Shown: positions 27,152-37,702, counted from the stretch's first letter. The stretch: DNA of 64,000 nucleotides from Candidatus Latescibacterota bacterium (GCA_963662665.2 CAXXJS010000040.1:288001-352000), one strand, 5' to 3'. Notes: generated from the sequence alone by a model not told the origin. Made by a program: numbers and translations.

Positions 27152-28335
27152 CGAAAGCTTCCCAGGAGGCGCCGCGTGGAGGCTGGCGCGATGAGTTCGC
27201 TGACGATGATGCCCAGCAGGACGATGGAAATCACCGCGTCGGTGAGCTCGGAGCGGTGGATCTGGTGCAGGTTGACGACGATGGCCACCGCCATTCCGCC
27301 ATGAGACAGAAGCCCCATCCCCAACCCGTTCAGCGCTCGGGATTCGGGCAGAAAGAGACGGACCGAAACAAAGCCCCCGAGGGTCTTGCCCAGGATTCGC
27401 ACGAGGATATAGACCGGCACCAGCGTCAGAAGCCAGACGGATTCGATGGCCCATCCCGCGCCCACCAGGATGAGAAAGATGATGTAGATGGAGTGTTCGC
27501 CTCTCAAGAGCACATTGCGAATGCCCGCTCTGGCTCGTTCTCTTGCCATGTTCGCAATAATGACGCCCGCAATGAGATTGACAAGGAGGGGAGAAAGGCT
27601 GAGATACAGCGCGAGCCCTCCGGAGAAAGCGATGGCGCCCATAACCACCACCAACGTCTCATCGTCCTTGAGCCGATACGCGGTGAGCGCGACTACCAGC
27701 AGTCCAACGGTGAGGCCCAACCCGGCGGAAACGCCGATCCAGACAATGGTTAATGTGCCGGGATGCAAAACGGCCAGGCAGGATATGAGACCGAAGGCGG
27801 TAAGGCCGACGAGGTCGTCGATATTCGAAACGTTCGTGAGAAGCCGCATGAGGGGCCGCGCCGGAGACGGCGTATTTCGGGCAAACAGCGTCAGACCGCT
27901 GGAAGCTGTGCCCGACGCCGCGGCCGCCAGCGTGACGGCGCCGATCAGCAACAGTTCCGTTTCATGCGAGTACAGGACGCGGAACAGCAGGAAAAAGGGA
28001 ACGGCGACTACAAAGACGGTAATCAGACTCTGGACAAGCGCAACGCCGAAGACCCGTCTGGGAATATGGCTCAGCCGCCTGAATTCCCATTGAACGCCAA
28101 AGAGCATGCCAATCCAGGAGAGGCCCATGCCCATGAAGGGATACAGACCGTCGAGGGTCTCCGCGTCGAGCAGGTCAAGCACGGCGGCGCCGAGCAGCAG
28201 GCCGACCACAACGTATTCTATACCGGTAAGAAAGAGATTTCTGACACCCAGTGGCAGCCGGATATGGACGAAACTGAGGCGGGAACCGACAAAGGCGATA
28301 ACGACGACGAGGATGGCTGCGGAGACCAGTTTCAT
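27148..28335 (-). CDS. Cation:proton antiporter (CPA2-like), subunit A
   Basis: Multi-TM protein, NIDDLVG, YLSLSPLLVNLIAG, RILGK..GG. Confidence 0.75.
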   Translation of the reverse strand: MKLVSAAILVVVIAFVGSRLSFVHIRLPLGVRNLFLTGIEYVVVGLLLGAAVLDLLDAETLDGLYPFMGMGLSWIGMLFGVQWEFRRLSHIPRRVFGVALVQSLITVFVVAVPFFLLFRVLYSHETELLLIGAVTLAAAASGTASSGLTLFARNTPSPARPLMRLLTNVSNIDDLVGLTAFGLISCLAVLHPGTLTIVWIGVSAGLGLTVGLLVVALTAYRLKDDETLVVVMGAIAFSGGLALYLSLSPLLVNLIAGVIIANMARERARAGIRNVLLRGEHSIYIIFLILVGAGWAIESVWLLTLVPVYILVRILGKTLGGFVSVRLFLPESRALNGLGMGLLSHGGMAVAIVVNLHQIHRSELTDAVISIVLLGIIVSELIAPASTRRLLGSFR

Positions 28336-28667
28336 GGAGGCTCTCCGCTTTCCGGACCCAGACAGAAGTCGACGGGCAGCAGAAACAGCCGGCCGACGTC
28401 GTTCTGCCTGAAGTCAACGCCTGTTTCTCTGAAGAGCCGGATGAGTGGGTCGAGAAGGGTGCGTTCCTTAACGGGTGCGACGATGGCGCAGGACCGGCCC
28501 GGTCCGGCCTGTAGCAGCCCCGCGAATATGGGCACATCCTCGGAAAGGATCCGCTCCATGGCGGTCCCGTCCAGCACCGTTGCGCCGGTAATTTCCATCT
28601 CTACGAGACCGGAGAGGACTTCGTCCAGAAGGTCCTCCCGGTAAAGTGTGATAAAAAGCAGATGCAT
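28332..28667 (-). CDS. PII/GlnB-like small protein
   Basis: 111 aa, LDEVL...ITGATVLDG..M...VPIFAGL...GRLFLLPV pattern. ATGA overlap with the antiporter. Confidence 0.65.
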   Translation of the reverse strand: MHLLFITLYREDLLDEVLSGLVEMEITGATVLDGTAMERILSEDVPIFAGLLQAGPGRSCAIVAPVKERTLLDPLIRLFRETGVDFRQNDVGRLFLLPVDFCLGPESGEPP

Positions 28668-28760
28668 GGCTATAGCAAGTCCGCCAGAGCTTGTGGCCGC
28701 CGGACTCCGATCGGGGATTCGGCGGTCCGTTTTTCTTTATTCCGTGCCCTGCCCTGGACG

Positions 28761-29219
28761 CTAAAACGGCTCCTGTGTGCGAATGATTTCAATTATCTCT
28801 GCGGAAGACGCGGCCCCGAGTACCTGCCGCCGGTTCTCCTCGCGGTCAAAAATGCGGGCGGTTCGGCTCAGTACACTCAGGTAAGCCGGCAAGGACGCTT
28901 CGGAAGAAAGAATAAGGAATACAAGGTGTACGGGCTGCCCGTCCAGACTCTGAAAGTCGATGCCATTTCGTGATATTCCCAACGCCGCGACCACACCCTG
29001 GATGTCGTCCGACCGGGCGTGAGGAATCGCAACGTCCTGGTCCACGCCGCTGGTCTTGATGGCCTCCTGTTCCAGGATGAGCCCAAGCAGCGCGGTCGGG
29101 TCGGGCAGATTGACCGACCGTCCCATCATTTCGATCATTTCGCGGATGGCACCGTCCCGATCGGGACTGACAAGATTGCGTTCGATGCGGTCGGTGGACA
29201 GTGCGTCGCAGAGTTTCAT
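28761..29219 (-). CDS. PTS EIIA domain protein (Ntr/Fru type)
   Basis: TSGVDQDVAIPHAR (phospho-His), GIDFQSLDGQPVHLVFLI. Confidence 0.88.
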   Translation of the reverse strand: MKLCDALSTDRIERNLVSPDRDGAIREMIEMMGRSVNLPDPTALLGLILEQEAIKTSGVDQDVAIPHARSDDIQGVVAALGISRNGIDFQSLDGQPVHLVFLILSSEASLPAYLSVLSRTARIFDREENRRQVLGAASSAEIIEIIRTQEPF

Positions 29220-29235
29220 AGGTCCGGTTTCCAAT

Positions 29236-30471
29236 TTACTGAATGCCAACGGTGGTGGTGCGGCGTTGCGGATCGAATGCGACGTACGTTGCGCCGTTCT
29301 CCTCGTAAAAGGTCTGACTTCCGAAAGCGGCACGGGCGTGCACGCGGTGAACCGGCGCGCCGTCTACGGAAACAGAATTGATCTCTCTGCCGGTGAAGCA
29401 CAGCGTCAACTCCGGCGTACGCACGGGCAGGTCGAGAGTGACGGAGCTGTCTTCAACAGCGAGTTCCGCCATCTCCCGCATAATGGCGTAGGTTGTAATC
29501 TCGCTGCACTTGCGCCATCGGGTACGTTCTCCTGCCGGATCGCGTTCCTTCAGCCGGCGTACCACGGTCTTGAAGGCGTTGAATCCCCGGCGGTCGGCGT
29601 CATGAAGTCCGTAAAAGCCCTGCCAGTGGCTGATGAGGACGGCGGGATCCCCCGCATCGATGAGGGCCGGCAATCGCCCGCCTTGAAGGTCGGCCGTGAT
29701 GTATTTGTCCGGGTTAACTTCCCCGTAACCCGTCCACGATCCCGTCCAGTCGCCCGTGCCGGCGATAATCTCGCCCATGGCTGTTCCGGCGTTTCTGTCG
29801 GGATACCACACAGGGGTCTCAACCGCGCCATTGGACACACGTTTGAACAGGTAGGGCGTGGGGTTGCCGGTGACGCGGCGGCAGGCGGTCTCGGCACATT
29901 TCGCGTAGAAGTCGAGCGGATTCCCGAATCCGCCGGGCGAGGTGACGCCATCGGGCGTCAGGCCGACGTTGTGGAGAATTTCACAGGCGAGTGCGATGTA
30001 GTCGGTAACCAGTTCCTCCCGGTCTGTGGGCAACCGGTTCCATCCCCACTGTTCCCAGAGGTTGGGATCCACCGGCTGCAGGGTCTCGAGGTCCACCACA
30101 AATGTGTGTGTAATCATTTCCGGTGTGATGTCGTAGTTGGGTACGATGAATTCGCGGCACATATCCAGCCAGCTTTCCTGCTGGGCCTTCCCGAATAGCG
30201 GCAGACCGTGGTCGATCCGTCCGAGGGCCGCGGGACACGGCACGACGCTGAATTTACCCTTGACGCCCTCGTCGAGGCAGTATTCGGCGAATTCCCTGGT
30301 GAAGGACTCGGGGTGAACGACGGGCACGTCTTCCCAGCGGCGGTGCTGGCCGTCGATCGGGTTTCTGTCCCTCATGAAGAAGTAATTCAGATTGACCAGC
30401 AACGTGGAATCGTCGAAGATGATCGAGAGGGGCACACGGTCAAGAGGGTGCCGGGCGATTTCAACGCGCAT
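29236..30471 (-). CDS. Conserved hypothetical protein (possible polysaccharide-deacetylase-like barrel)
   Basis: 411-aa ORF with SIIFDD, ITPEMITH, GVTSPGGFG, SHW motifs. Fold assignment is tentative. Confidence 0.55.
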   Translation of the reverse strand: MRVEIARHPLDRVPLSIIFDDSTLLVNLNYFFMRDRNPIDGQHRRWEDVPVVHPESFTREFAEYCLDEGVKGKFSVVPCPAALGRIDHGLPLFGKAQQESWLDMCREFIVPNYDITPEMITHTFVVDLETLQPVDPNLWEQWGWNRLPTDREELVTDYIALACEILHNVGLTPDGVTSPGGFGNPLDFYAKCAETACRRVTGNPTPYLFKRVSNGAVETPVWYPDRNAGTAMGEIIAGTGDWTGSWTGYGEVNPDKYITADLQGGRLPALIDAGDPAVLISHWQGFYGLHDADRRGFNAFKTVVRRLKERDPAGERTRWRKCSEITTYAIMREMAELAVEDSSVTLDLPVRTPELTLCFTGREINSVSVDGAPVHRVHARAAFGSQTFYEENGATYVAFDPQRRTTTVGIQ

Positions 30472-30540
30472 GCGGGGCTCCTTGAGGCTCTGTCTCCGTG
30501 AGGTTTTATGGCCGGGTCTAACAGGGACCCGGTCGCAACC

Positions 30541-31656
30541 CTAGGCTGGCTCCGCGGCTTCGAGAACCTGTTTCAGGCGACGGGCGACAATGACTTCCTC
30601 GTCGTCTTCCATCATATAGGGCATGACTTCCACGCCGCTCCCGGTGTGAAAAAGCTCGATGCGCGGGTCGGCATTGGAGAGCTGACGTCTGGCCTCCTCC
30701 GGCGTGATGCGGACGGTTTCCCGATCCCAATTGACGGCCAGCACGGGTGCGACGTTGGACCGGCCGGGTTGACGGATGGCGGTTGTCAGGGACTGGATGT
30801 GCGCGATCGCGCCCGCGATGACTTCAAGGCGGCGCTCCCATTCTTTCCACTCCCCGGCATGGTCTCGTCTGACCCATTGTTCCACGGCCGCGAGCAGGCC
30901 CATCACCTCCTCCTTTCCCGCCTTCATCGGGCGCGCGAGCGCATGGTGCGGGGCGCCGTTCATAAAGGCGGCGTGGAGGACGTCCTTTCTGCCCAGAACC
31001 AGGCCGGACGCCTGGGGACCCCGAAGGCACTTGCCCCCGCTGTAGGCAACCACGTCCACCCCATCTGACAGATAGGGATTCGGCACGTCCGGGCGTTCGG
31101 CGGCAGCGTCGACGAAGGTCGGGACGTTGTATTTCCTGGCAATGGCGACCATGTCGGGCACAGAGATGGTGCCGCGGTCGGCCGCGTCACCGAAGATGGC
31201 GATCATGGCGGTGGATTCGTCAACGGCAGCCTCCAATTCGCGAGGGGTTTCGACCTCGACGATTTGTACGCCCACCATGCGGATGGCGTGGTCATAGACG
31301 TGCCTGTGAGAGGGCTGCGTGATGACCCGGTTCTTCATCCCCGTCGTATCCGGCAGACGTTTCATTTTAGCCGGATCCAGGCCGGCCACGCAGGCGGCCG
31401 TGACCTGGCACAGCGCCGCGGCGCAGCCGTTGGTGACCAGGCCCCATTCGCATTGCATGAGATCTGCGATCCTGGCGCCCACTTTTTCCATCAGTTCGTC
31501 CAGATGCACGTACGCCTTCGAGGCATCGTGTATTGCCCACCGGACCTCCGGCAGCATCAGGGAGCCGGAGATGATCGTATAGGTCCCCATGCAATTGATC
31601 AGGGGACGGACGCCTATGGATTCGTACGTGGGGTGGCGCGCGGACAACGTGGACAT
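30541..31656 (-). CDS. SelA-related PLP-dependent enzyme (DgaE-like)
   Basis: IGVRPLINCMGTYT...GS, VDAAAE, YSGGKCLRGPQASG, RPMKAGKEE. Lacks the N-terminal domain of true SelA. Confidence 0.8.
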   Translation of the reverse strand: MSTLSARHPTYESIGVRPLINCMGTYTIISGSLMLPEVRWAIHDASKAYVHLDELMEKVGARIADLMQCEWGLVTNGCAAALCQVTAACVAGLDPAKMKRLPDTTGMKNRVITQPSHRHVYDHAIRMVGVQIVEVETPRELEAAVDESTAMIAIFGDAADRGTISVPDMVAIARKYNVPTFVDAAAERPDVPNPYLSDGVDVVAYSGGKCLRGPQASGLVLGRKDVLHAAFMNGAPHHALARPMKAGKEEVMGLLAAVEQWVRRDHAGEWKEWERRLEVIAGAIAHIQSLTTAIRQPGRSNVAPVLAVNWDRETVRITPEEARRQLSNADPRIELFHTGSGVEVMPYMMEDDEEVIVARRLKQVLEAAEPA

Positions 31657-31869
31657 GGCCGGTTTTCCAGGGAAGGACAATGCAGGAGACGTGCGTCGTT
31701 GTTTTGGGCCCGTGCCGGGTGGCCGTTATCAAGAGTCTACAACAACACCGCCTTGATTGCAAGCCTGATATCGCCCTTGGTTTCCGGGGGCTTTCCCGCG
31801 ACTCGTAACAACACGCCTTTTTCTTTTCGGCAACGAATCTGCAGGATAACGTCACGGCAACGCAGCGCA

Positions 31870-32112
31870 AATGTGATACCTGTAATGGATGTCTGTTGCT
31901 CTGAGGGTGTGACGCTGGAGGCTGGGTTGTGGGGTCCGCCGGCGATCGGTGCACGCATCAAGGGAATTCGTGACGTGTTCCGCGATGGCGAGAACGGACA
32001 CCTGGTGGAAAGCGGTGACGCGCGGGCTTCAGCGCTGGCGGTGAAGCAATACACCGGGGGCCGAATTCTTCTTGAGCGAATATCAGAAGCGAACCACGCG
32101 AACCCGCCTTGA
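31870..32112 (+). pseudogene. Glycosyltransferase (GT4-like) C-terminal remnant
   Basis: LEAGLWGPPAIGARIKGIRDVFRDGENGHLVESGD resembles the GT4 LEA..G.PV...GI.D....NG.LV motif. No N-terminal domain. Confidence 0.5.
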
Positions 32113-32119
32113 GGTCTGC

Positions 32120-35100
32120 CTATGCCAGACGCAACCGTGATCCGCACGGCTGGAGGGTACAGGGGTCGATGGTGAGGGTCAGCATGCCGGATGATTGGTC
32201 CGTTTCCAGTTCCGTCCGCGTGCCGTCTTCGTTTTCGATGAATGCGCGACGGTGCGGTGTCCGGATCGAGAGCCGGGCCGGGGTTGTGGCGCGTACCTGG
32301 AAGGCGTTCTCCGAGGCCTGTTCGATGGAGAACAGAGAGGGAATCTGCCAGGCGGCGCCGGCGTTGAAGGGGAACTCGTCCACGTCGATCCGGCCTGCGG
32401 CCGCGGACCTGATGCGGTAAGCCGTCCAGCAGTCCTGTTCGGGATCCCGGACCCGCACGAAATGGTCCGCAAGGGCATCGGGATACTGGAGGGTATCGTC
32501 GATACTGAACCCGCCTTTGTCGAAATCCACGATCTTCCCCTCAATCGAGGCAGCCTCCAGGGCCACGGCCACGTCGGGGGAAGCAAAACGGGACGCTTCC
32601 GTCAGAAAGAGCGATTGCCTGCCATCCTTGCATCGGGTGTAAACGGCCACGCGACCGGCAAACGTGACGTCGTCGTACGTGCGATCGCGCTGATCCAGCG
32701 TCTGGATAACCGTATCGTCGCCGGTCCGACGGCCGATGCGAAGCGCCACCGGACCGCTGGCGTCATTGGGAAGACAAAGCGGTTGAACGTCTCGGACGTC
32801 GGGGTTGTTCCGGAAGTGATCGATCACGGCGACATACGTGTTTCCGTTCCCGGATTCGGCCTTGCGGGCAAACAGATAGTCGTTTCGGGCGCCGATTTCA
32901 GAATGGTGCCGTTGCCCGGGGCCTTCACCCACGATGATTTCGTCCACTGGCGACACCATCCGCGCGCGCATGGTCATCCCGCAGTCGGTCCAGGACACGG
33001 TCCACCGGCCTTCCGGAACACCAGCGCGGAGTCTCTCGATATCCCCGCCGAGCACGCCCGGACGTTCCTCCAGCGGAATCGGACCGCTATCGGCGGGTGA
33101 CGCGCTGATGCGGCCCTCCCCGTGGATGGCGTAGTCGTGGACGCTGCCTCCCATGACGCGGAACACGTCAACGAGGTAGGCCGGGCCCGCTCCGGAGTGA
33201 ATCATCACGCAGCAGCGGCGATACGTTTCCGCCTGATCATAGGCTGCGCAGTCGGCTTCGATCACCTTCGTCGCCGGCGATGCGGCCAGAAGTTGGAGAT
33301 TGCCCGGAGGCCGCCGGTCACGCGGGAGTTGCTCCTGTTCGTCAACAACCACGAGGTTGTGTTTGAGTGTGCTTCGGATACTCGCGTTCAGAGGGTGGTC
33401 TCCAATGTATCCCAGGTCGGAAAGGACTTCCACCCCCTCCACGTTCATGGCGATGTTGAGGGCATCCGGGTGGTCATGGCCTTCAGGTTGGTAGAAATTC
33501 ATCAGGAAGGTGGCCGTTCCGGTGAGATCGGTCGGGAACATACCAGCGTAGCCGGCATTGAAGATCGCCAGGAGCCAGCCGGGAAAGAACCGGTCGCGTA
33601 CGGGCGGCGGCGCAGCGGGTTGGAGTTCCGCGGGCCGGTTGAAGAGGGCGAACGCGTCCCCCGTATCCAGCCTGACAAATGGAGCGAAGTCGTCGCCCAG
33701 TCGCACGAGACCCAGGTTATGAATCCACGCGGGATCGGGCCAGTCTGAAGTCCCTTCTCGTGCGTCGGCGGTGTGGGGCAGGCGGCCGTCGGGCAAGGTC
33801 ATAAGCGTCCGCGCCCGCAGGACGGTGTGGTAGGGGCCGCCGCGGGCATACAGGTCGAGATTGTCGTACCGGTCGCCGCCGCGATACGTCGGCGGATCGG
33901 AGTACCCGTGGGCGACTTCGGGCAGATTTCTCACGTTGGCCACAGCGTAGAGGTAATAGCTGGAGCCTTCAGCAGTGCTGCCGTCGAACTTGAAGAAACC
34001 CTTCAAGTACGGTTCAAAACCCGCCACACCCCGGTGCACGTACTCCGGGACGCCCAGGAAGCGCCCGAGAGCGACTTCGCCCTCGCGGCAACCCGCTACT
34101 TTGTTGTTGATACCCTCCCAGTGGGTGAACGTGAAGAGGCCCTCGACGAGCAGGTCTTTCACAATGCGTTCGCGTTCCTGATCTGACAGGTACAGGCGCC
34201 CCCGGCCGTCCTTTTCGTCCCAGAGCAGATCCAGTGCCTCGGCGAGCATGCAGATGAAATGTGCCTCGGACTGAACGCCGCCGCCCGACAGGCGCCCGCA
34301 GCCCCAGAACGTCTGTATGAGTCTTCCGCTCTTCATGGGTGAGCGGGCGTTCTGGTCCGGACACGGGTTGACTTCGTAACTGGCGATGTCCCTGTCCTGC
34401 GCCATGAGTTCGCAGGCGTAGAGTGGATCGCAGTCCATGTAGGTATTCCAGTAATCACGGAAGAGATAGGTGGGGTACACGGCGGCGAAGCGTTTCAGAA
34501 TGGCCGCCGCCGCACGCGCATAGCGACCCTCGCCTTCCATGCGATAGAGGATAGCCAGATTGCGCGCAACCGCCGGCATGCGATGGATTTTCTGCTGCCG
34601 GACAGCGCCGGCGTACGAGGAATGGACCCGGCGCCCGGCCCAACTGAAGGCATTGCTGCCGGTAGTGAATTCAGGATCGTTCTTTTCTTCCGGACGGATG
34701 TAATAGGTGAGCGTCTGGCGTGATCGCGGCAGTTCGAGGCGTCCCTCTTCGGGAAAAGCCTCGTCGGTCATGGTGGCGTCGCAGTGGAAACAGACCAGTT
34801 TGTCGGGTTCACGGTCGATCCATCGCATGTTGTAGGTGTTGTCCGCATCACAGACCGGGCAGAACGTCCCGTAGATCTGCGCAGGGGTCAGACCCGGGAC
34901 CATGTGGGCGATCCAGGCATCGGAGCGATCCGCATAGTAATCCCCCAGATCGAACAGGCCCTCGTATTGCGCTTTCGCCCAATCATGGCGCCGGATATTG
35001 GCGCGGGCGATATCGAGGTTGTCGTCCCTTACACCAAGGCATGGATGTTCCACGCGTCCGGCGCCACGGTAGTAATTCTCCTTCTCCTTTTCCAGTCGAC

Positions 35101-35140
35101 GCCTGCATTCTCTCTCTTCGTCGCTGCTCCAGGCCGGCAT
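32120..35140 (-). CDS. Heparinase II/III-like polysaccharide lyase family protein
   Basis: DGSTAEGSSYY, GHDHPDALNI...DLGY, STLKHNLVVVD, YLVDVFRV.GG..HDY. GGAGG SD; no signal peptide. Confidence 0.75.
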   Translation of the reverse strand: MPAWSSDEERECRRRLEKEKENYYRGAGRVEHPCLGVRDDNLDIARANIRRHDWAKAQYEGLFDLGDYYADRSDAWIAHMVPGLTPAQIYGTFCPVCDADNTYNMRWIDREPDKLVCFHCDATMTDEAFPEEGRLELPRSRQTLTYYIRPEEKNDPEFTTGSNAFSWAGRRVHSSYAGAVRQQKIHRMPAVARNLAILYRMEGEGRYARAAAAILKRFAAVYPTYLFRDYWNTYMDCDPLYACELMAQDRDIASYEVNPCPDQNARSPMKSGRLIQTFWGCGRLSGGGVQSEAHFICMLAEALDLLWDEKDGRGRLYLSDQERERIVKDLLVEGLFTFTHWEGINNKVAGCREGEVALGRFLGVPEYVHRGVAGFEPYLKGFFKFDGSTAEGSSYYLYAVANVRNLPEVAHGYSDPPTYRGGDRYDNLDLYARGGPYHTVLRARTLMTLPDGRLPHTADAREGTSDWPDPAWIHNLGLVRLGDDFAPFVRLDTGDAFALFNRPAELQPAAPPPVRDRFFPGWLLAIFNAGYAGMFPTDLTGTATFLMNFYQPEGHDHPDALNIAMNVEGVEVLSDLGYIGDHPLNASIRSTLKHNLVVVDEQEQLPRDRRPPGNLQLLAASPATKVIEADCAAYDQAETYRRCCVMIHSGAGPAYLVDVFRVMGGSVHDYAIHGEGRISASPADSGPIPLEERPGVLGGDIERLRAGVPEGRWTVSWTDCGMTMRARMVSPVDEIIVGEGPGQRHHSEIGARNDYLFARKAESGNGNTYVAVIDHFRNNPDVRDVQPLCLPNDASGPVALRIGRRTGDDTVIQTLDQRDRTYDDVTFAGRVAVYTRCKDGRQSLFLTEASRFASPDVAVALEAASIEGKIVDFDKGGFSIDDTLQYPDALADHFVRVRDPEQDCWTAYRIRSAAAGRIDVDEFPFNAGAAWQIPSLFSIEQASENAFQVRATTPARLSIRTPHRRAFIENEDGTRTELETDQSSGMLTLTIDPCTLQPCGSRLRLA

Positions 35141-35517
35141 ATGACCTCCTTTTCGGGAACGACCGCGCGCAAACCGCAACCCGTTCGCAGGGCCGAATTG
35201 ACGGAAATCAGCGGGATTCCGGATGTCCGGGTGAAACTCGTTTGATCCACATGAAGCGCTCAAAAAAACGAAAATGGAGGACGAACCCGCGTCTGTCAAG
35301 AGGAAAGAACGATTCGGGCGAATTCGATGAACCCGATGGCGTCCGGCCACGAACCCGGTACCGAAATTTGCGGATATATGGACATATCATTTTTATAAAC
35401 AATATTATAAACGATATTTTGTGCGAATATTTCGAGGCGCTGGCAGCACCGGACTCCACAGTCCGGTTGCCCAGGAACAGAATGGAATACGCGGGCGGAA
35501 AATCGGACTAAAAAGGG

Positions 35518-35546
35518 TTGACAATTGAACAAAAAAGAATTATTAT
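35518..35546 (+). promoter_or_regulatory. Sigma70-type promoter of the cold-shock gene
   Basis: TTGACA (35518-35523), 17-nt spacer, TATTAT (35541-35546). Confidence 0.75.
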
Positions 35547-35689
35547 GCATCAATTGGAAGCATGAAGTAGAAGGATGAAGTTTCTGTCTCCTTAGCAGTC
35601 CTGTTGTGCGTCTGGCAAGGATCAGAAGTTCCGGTCCTTGCCCGTTTTGGTTTCATCAGGTTTCTAACGCTGAAAGGTGGTGAAGCACT

Positions 35690-35899
35690 GTGCCAGAAGG
35701 TCGCGTAAAGTGGTTCAACGACGCCAAGGGTTACGGCTTTATCGAAAGGGATGAGGGCGAAGATGTCTTCGTGCATTTTTCGGCTATCCAGGGCGAAGGA
35801 TTCAAGTCGCTAGCCGAAGGTGAAGCGGTTTCATTTGAAGTGGTGCAGGGGCCCAAGGGCTACCAGGCTGCGGACGTCGTAAAGGTGGGGCAGTCCTGA
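35690..35899 (+). CDS. cspA: Cold-shock protein (CspA family)
   Basis: [15 protein letters not shown]...[17 protein letters not shown]. Confidence 0.93.
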   Translation: MPEGRVKWFNDAKGYGFIERDEGEDVFVHFSAIQGEGFKSLAEGEAVSFEVVQGPKGYQAADVVKVGQS

Positions 35900-36015
35900 C
35901 AGACCGTTGAAGAGTTCCATTTTTCCCACATGTGACTTCTCAATCGATACGTTCGGCGGGCGTCGGTTCAAGAATCGGCGCCCTTTTTTTAAAACCACAA
36001 ACAGAGTCACGCTTC

Positions 36016-37383
36016 ATGGAAAACCATTACGACGTCATCGTAATCGGGAGCGGGCCGGGCGGCGAGGGGGCGGCGATGAAGGCGACCAAAGAGGGGAAGC
36101 GGGTCGCCGTGGTGGATGACCGGTCCCTGGTGGGCGGAAGCTGCACCCATCAGACCACCATTCCAAGCAAGACCCTGCGGCACGCCATCCAGAAGCTCGT
36201 CGATACCGGTCGATACAGCGACTCCCGATTTCAGGACCTGCTGCGGACCGCGGAGGACGTGATACGTCAGCAGGTCGACTTACGCAAGGGGTTCTACACC
36301 AGGAATTTTGTGGACGTGATCCACGGGCGCGCCGCGTTCGAAGACAGTCATGGCATTCAGGTCCGAATGGCAAACGGCGGCGTGAGACGTTATCAAGCGG
36401 ACGGATTCGTCATCGCCACCGGCGCAAGACCATACCATCCGCCGGACGTGGATTTTTCCCATCCCCGCATTGTAGACAGCGATTCGCTGCTTGAGTTTCA
36501 TGAACATCCAAGGACCGTGACAATCTACGGTGCGGGCATCGTCGGCTGCGAGTATGCGTCCATATTCAGGGGCTTGCAGATCAAGGTGAATCTGATCAAC
36601 AGCCTGGACCGCCTGCTGGCGTTCCTGGACGACGAAATTGTGGATGCGCTGAGCTATCATCTGCGTGAACAGGGCGTACTGATCCGACACAACGAGGAGT
36701 ACGAACGGGTTGTGGCGGACGGTCACGGTGTCCGCCTGCACCTCAAGTCCAAAAAGGAAATCCTCAGTGACTGCCTGTTCTGGGCGCAGGGCCGAACCGG
36801 GAACTCCGATGGGATGGGTCTCGAGGAAATCGGCATCCGGCGAGACCACAGGGGCACCGTTGTCGTAAACGGGTATTACCAGACGGCTCAGAGCCACGTC
36901 TACGCGGTGGGCGACGTGGTGGGGTACCCCAACCTCGCCAGCGCGGCATACGACCAGGGGCGTTTCGCGGCCACCCATCTGATCTTCGGAGAATGCGAGG
37001 CTCAGCTGGTCAAGGACGTCCCCACCGGGATTTACACACTACCGGAAATCAGTTCGGTGGGGCTGACAGAGCAGGAGTTGACCTCGAAAAGGATTCCCTA
37101 CGAGGTTGGACACGCGTCGTTCAGACACCTTGCGCGGGCGCAGATTACGGGCAGGACCACGGGGATGCTGAAAATTCTGTTTCATCGGGAAACGCTGGAG
37201 ATTCTGGGCATTCATTGTTTCGGATCGGAGGCATCGGAAATTGTCCACATCGGCCAGGCGATTATGGCGCAGAAAGGCGGGGGCAATACGTTGATGTACT
37301 TCATCAACACAACGTTCAACTATCCGACAATGGCCGAAGCATACCGGGTTGCGGCGCTTAACGGGCTGAACAGGGTGCGATAG
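36016..37383 (+). CDS. sthA: Soluble pyridine nucleotide transhydrogenase
   Basis: [50 protein letters not shown]. Confidence 0.93.
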   Translation: MENHYDVIVIGSGPGGEGAAMKATKEGKRVAVVDDRSLVGGSCTHQTTIPSKTLRHAIQKLVDTGRYSDSRFQDLLRTAEDVIRQQVDLRKGFYTRNFVDVIHGRAAFEDSHGIQVRMANGGVRRYQADGFVIATGARPYHPPDVDFSHPRIVDSDSLLEFHEHPRTVTIYGAGIVGCEYASIFRGLQIKVNLINSLDRLLAFLDDEIVDALSYHLREQGVLIRHNEEYERVVADGHGVRLHLKSKKEILSDCLFWAQGRTGNSDGMGLEEIGIRRDHRGTVVVNGYYQTAQSHVYAVGDVVGYPNLASAAYDQGRFAATHLIFGECEAQLVKDVPTGIYTLPEISSVGLTEQELTSKRIPYEVGHASFRHLARAQITGRTTGMLKILFHRETLEILGIHCFGSEASEIVHIGQAIMAQKGGGNTLMYFINTTFNYPTMAEAYRVAALNGLNRVR

Positions 37384-37468
37384 CGTTCTGTTCCTGAAAT
37401 AGGTTGCCCAAAATTCGGCCGTCCAGAAGCAGCAAACACAATTATCAACGGTCGCGGTCGCGGGACAT

Positions 37469-37570
37469 CTCCCCCCGGCCCCCTCTCCCGGGGGAGAGGG
37501 AGAGAAAAACGAAATGACGTCAAGCGATGACAGCTCCCCCTTCCCTTGCGAAGGGGGACAGGGGGTAGGT
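37469..37570. repeat. Pair of CCCTCTCCC/GGGAGAGGG-type palindromic repeats
   Basis: Hairpins CCCTCTCCC-GG-GGGAGAGGG (37481-37500) and TCCCCCTTC...GAAGGGGGA (37535-37558). Confidence 0.6.
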
Positions 37571-37702
37571 CACGCTCGACCGCACGTTCTTTCCATTCAA
37601 GCGTCCGGTGGCAGACTGGGGAGTTTTCGGGGGCAGGACACCGCACCAGACGGCAGAGATACAAACTGTCCTGATAGACGATGGATAAGGATATTTTCGA
37701 CT

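Noticed and set aside
30541-31656. SelA-like gene as the selenocysteine synthase partnering selD
   Set aside because: About 370 aa, lacking the N-terminal tRNA-Sec-binding region, with motifs of the DgaE-like SelA-related family. It is 17 kb from selD with no selB or selC nearby.
37381-37460. GTTCTGTTCCTGAAATAGGTTG after sthA as an IS terminus
   Set aside because: No matching inverted partner or second copy found in the window.
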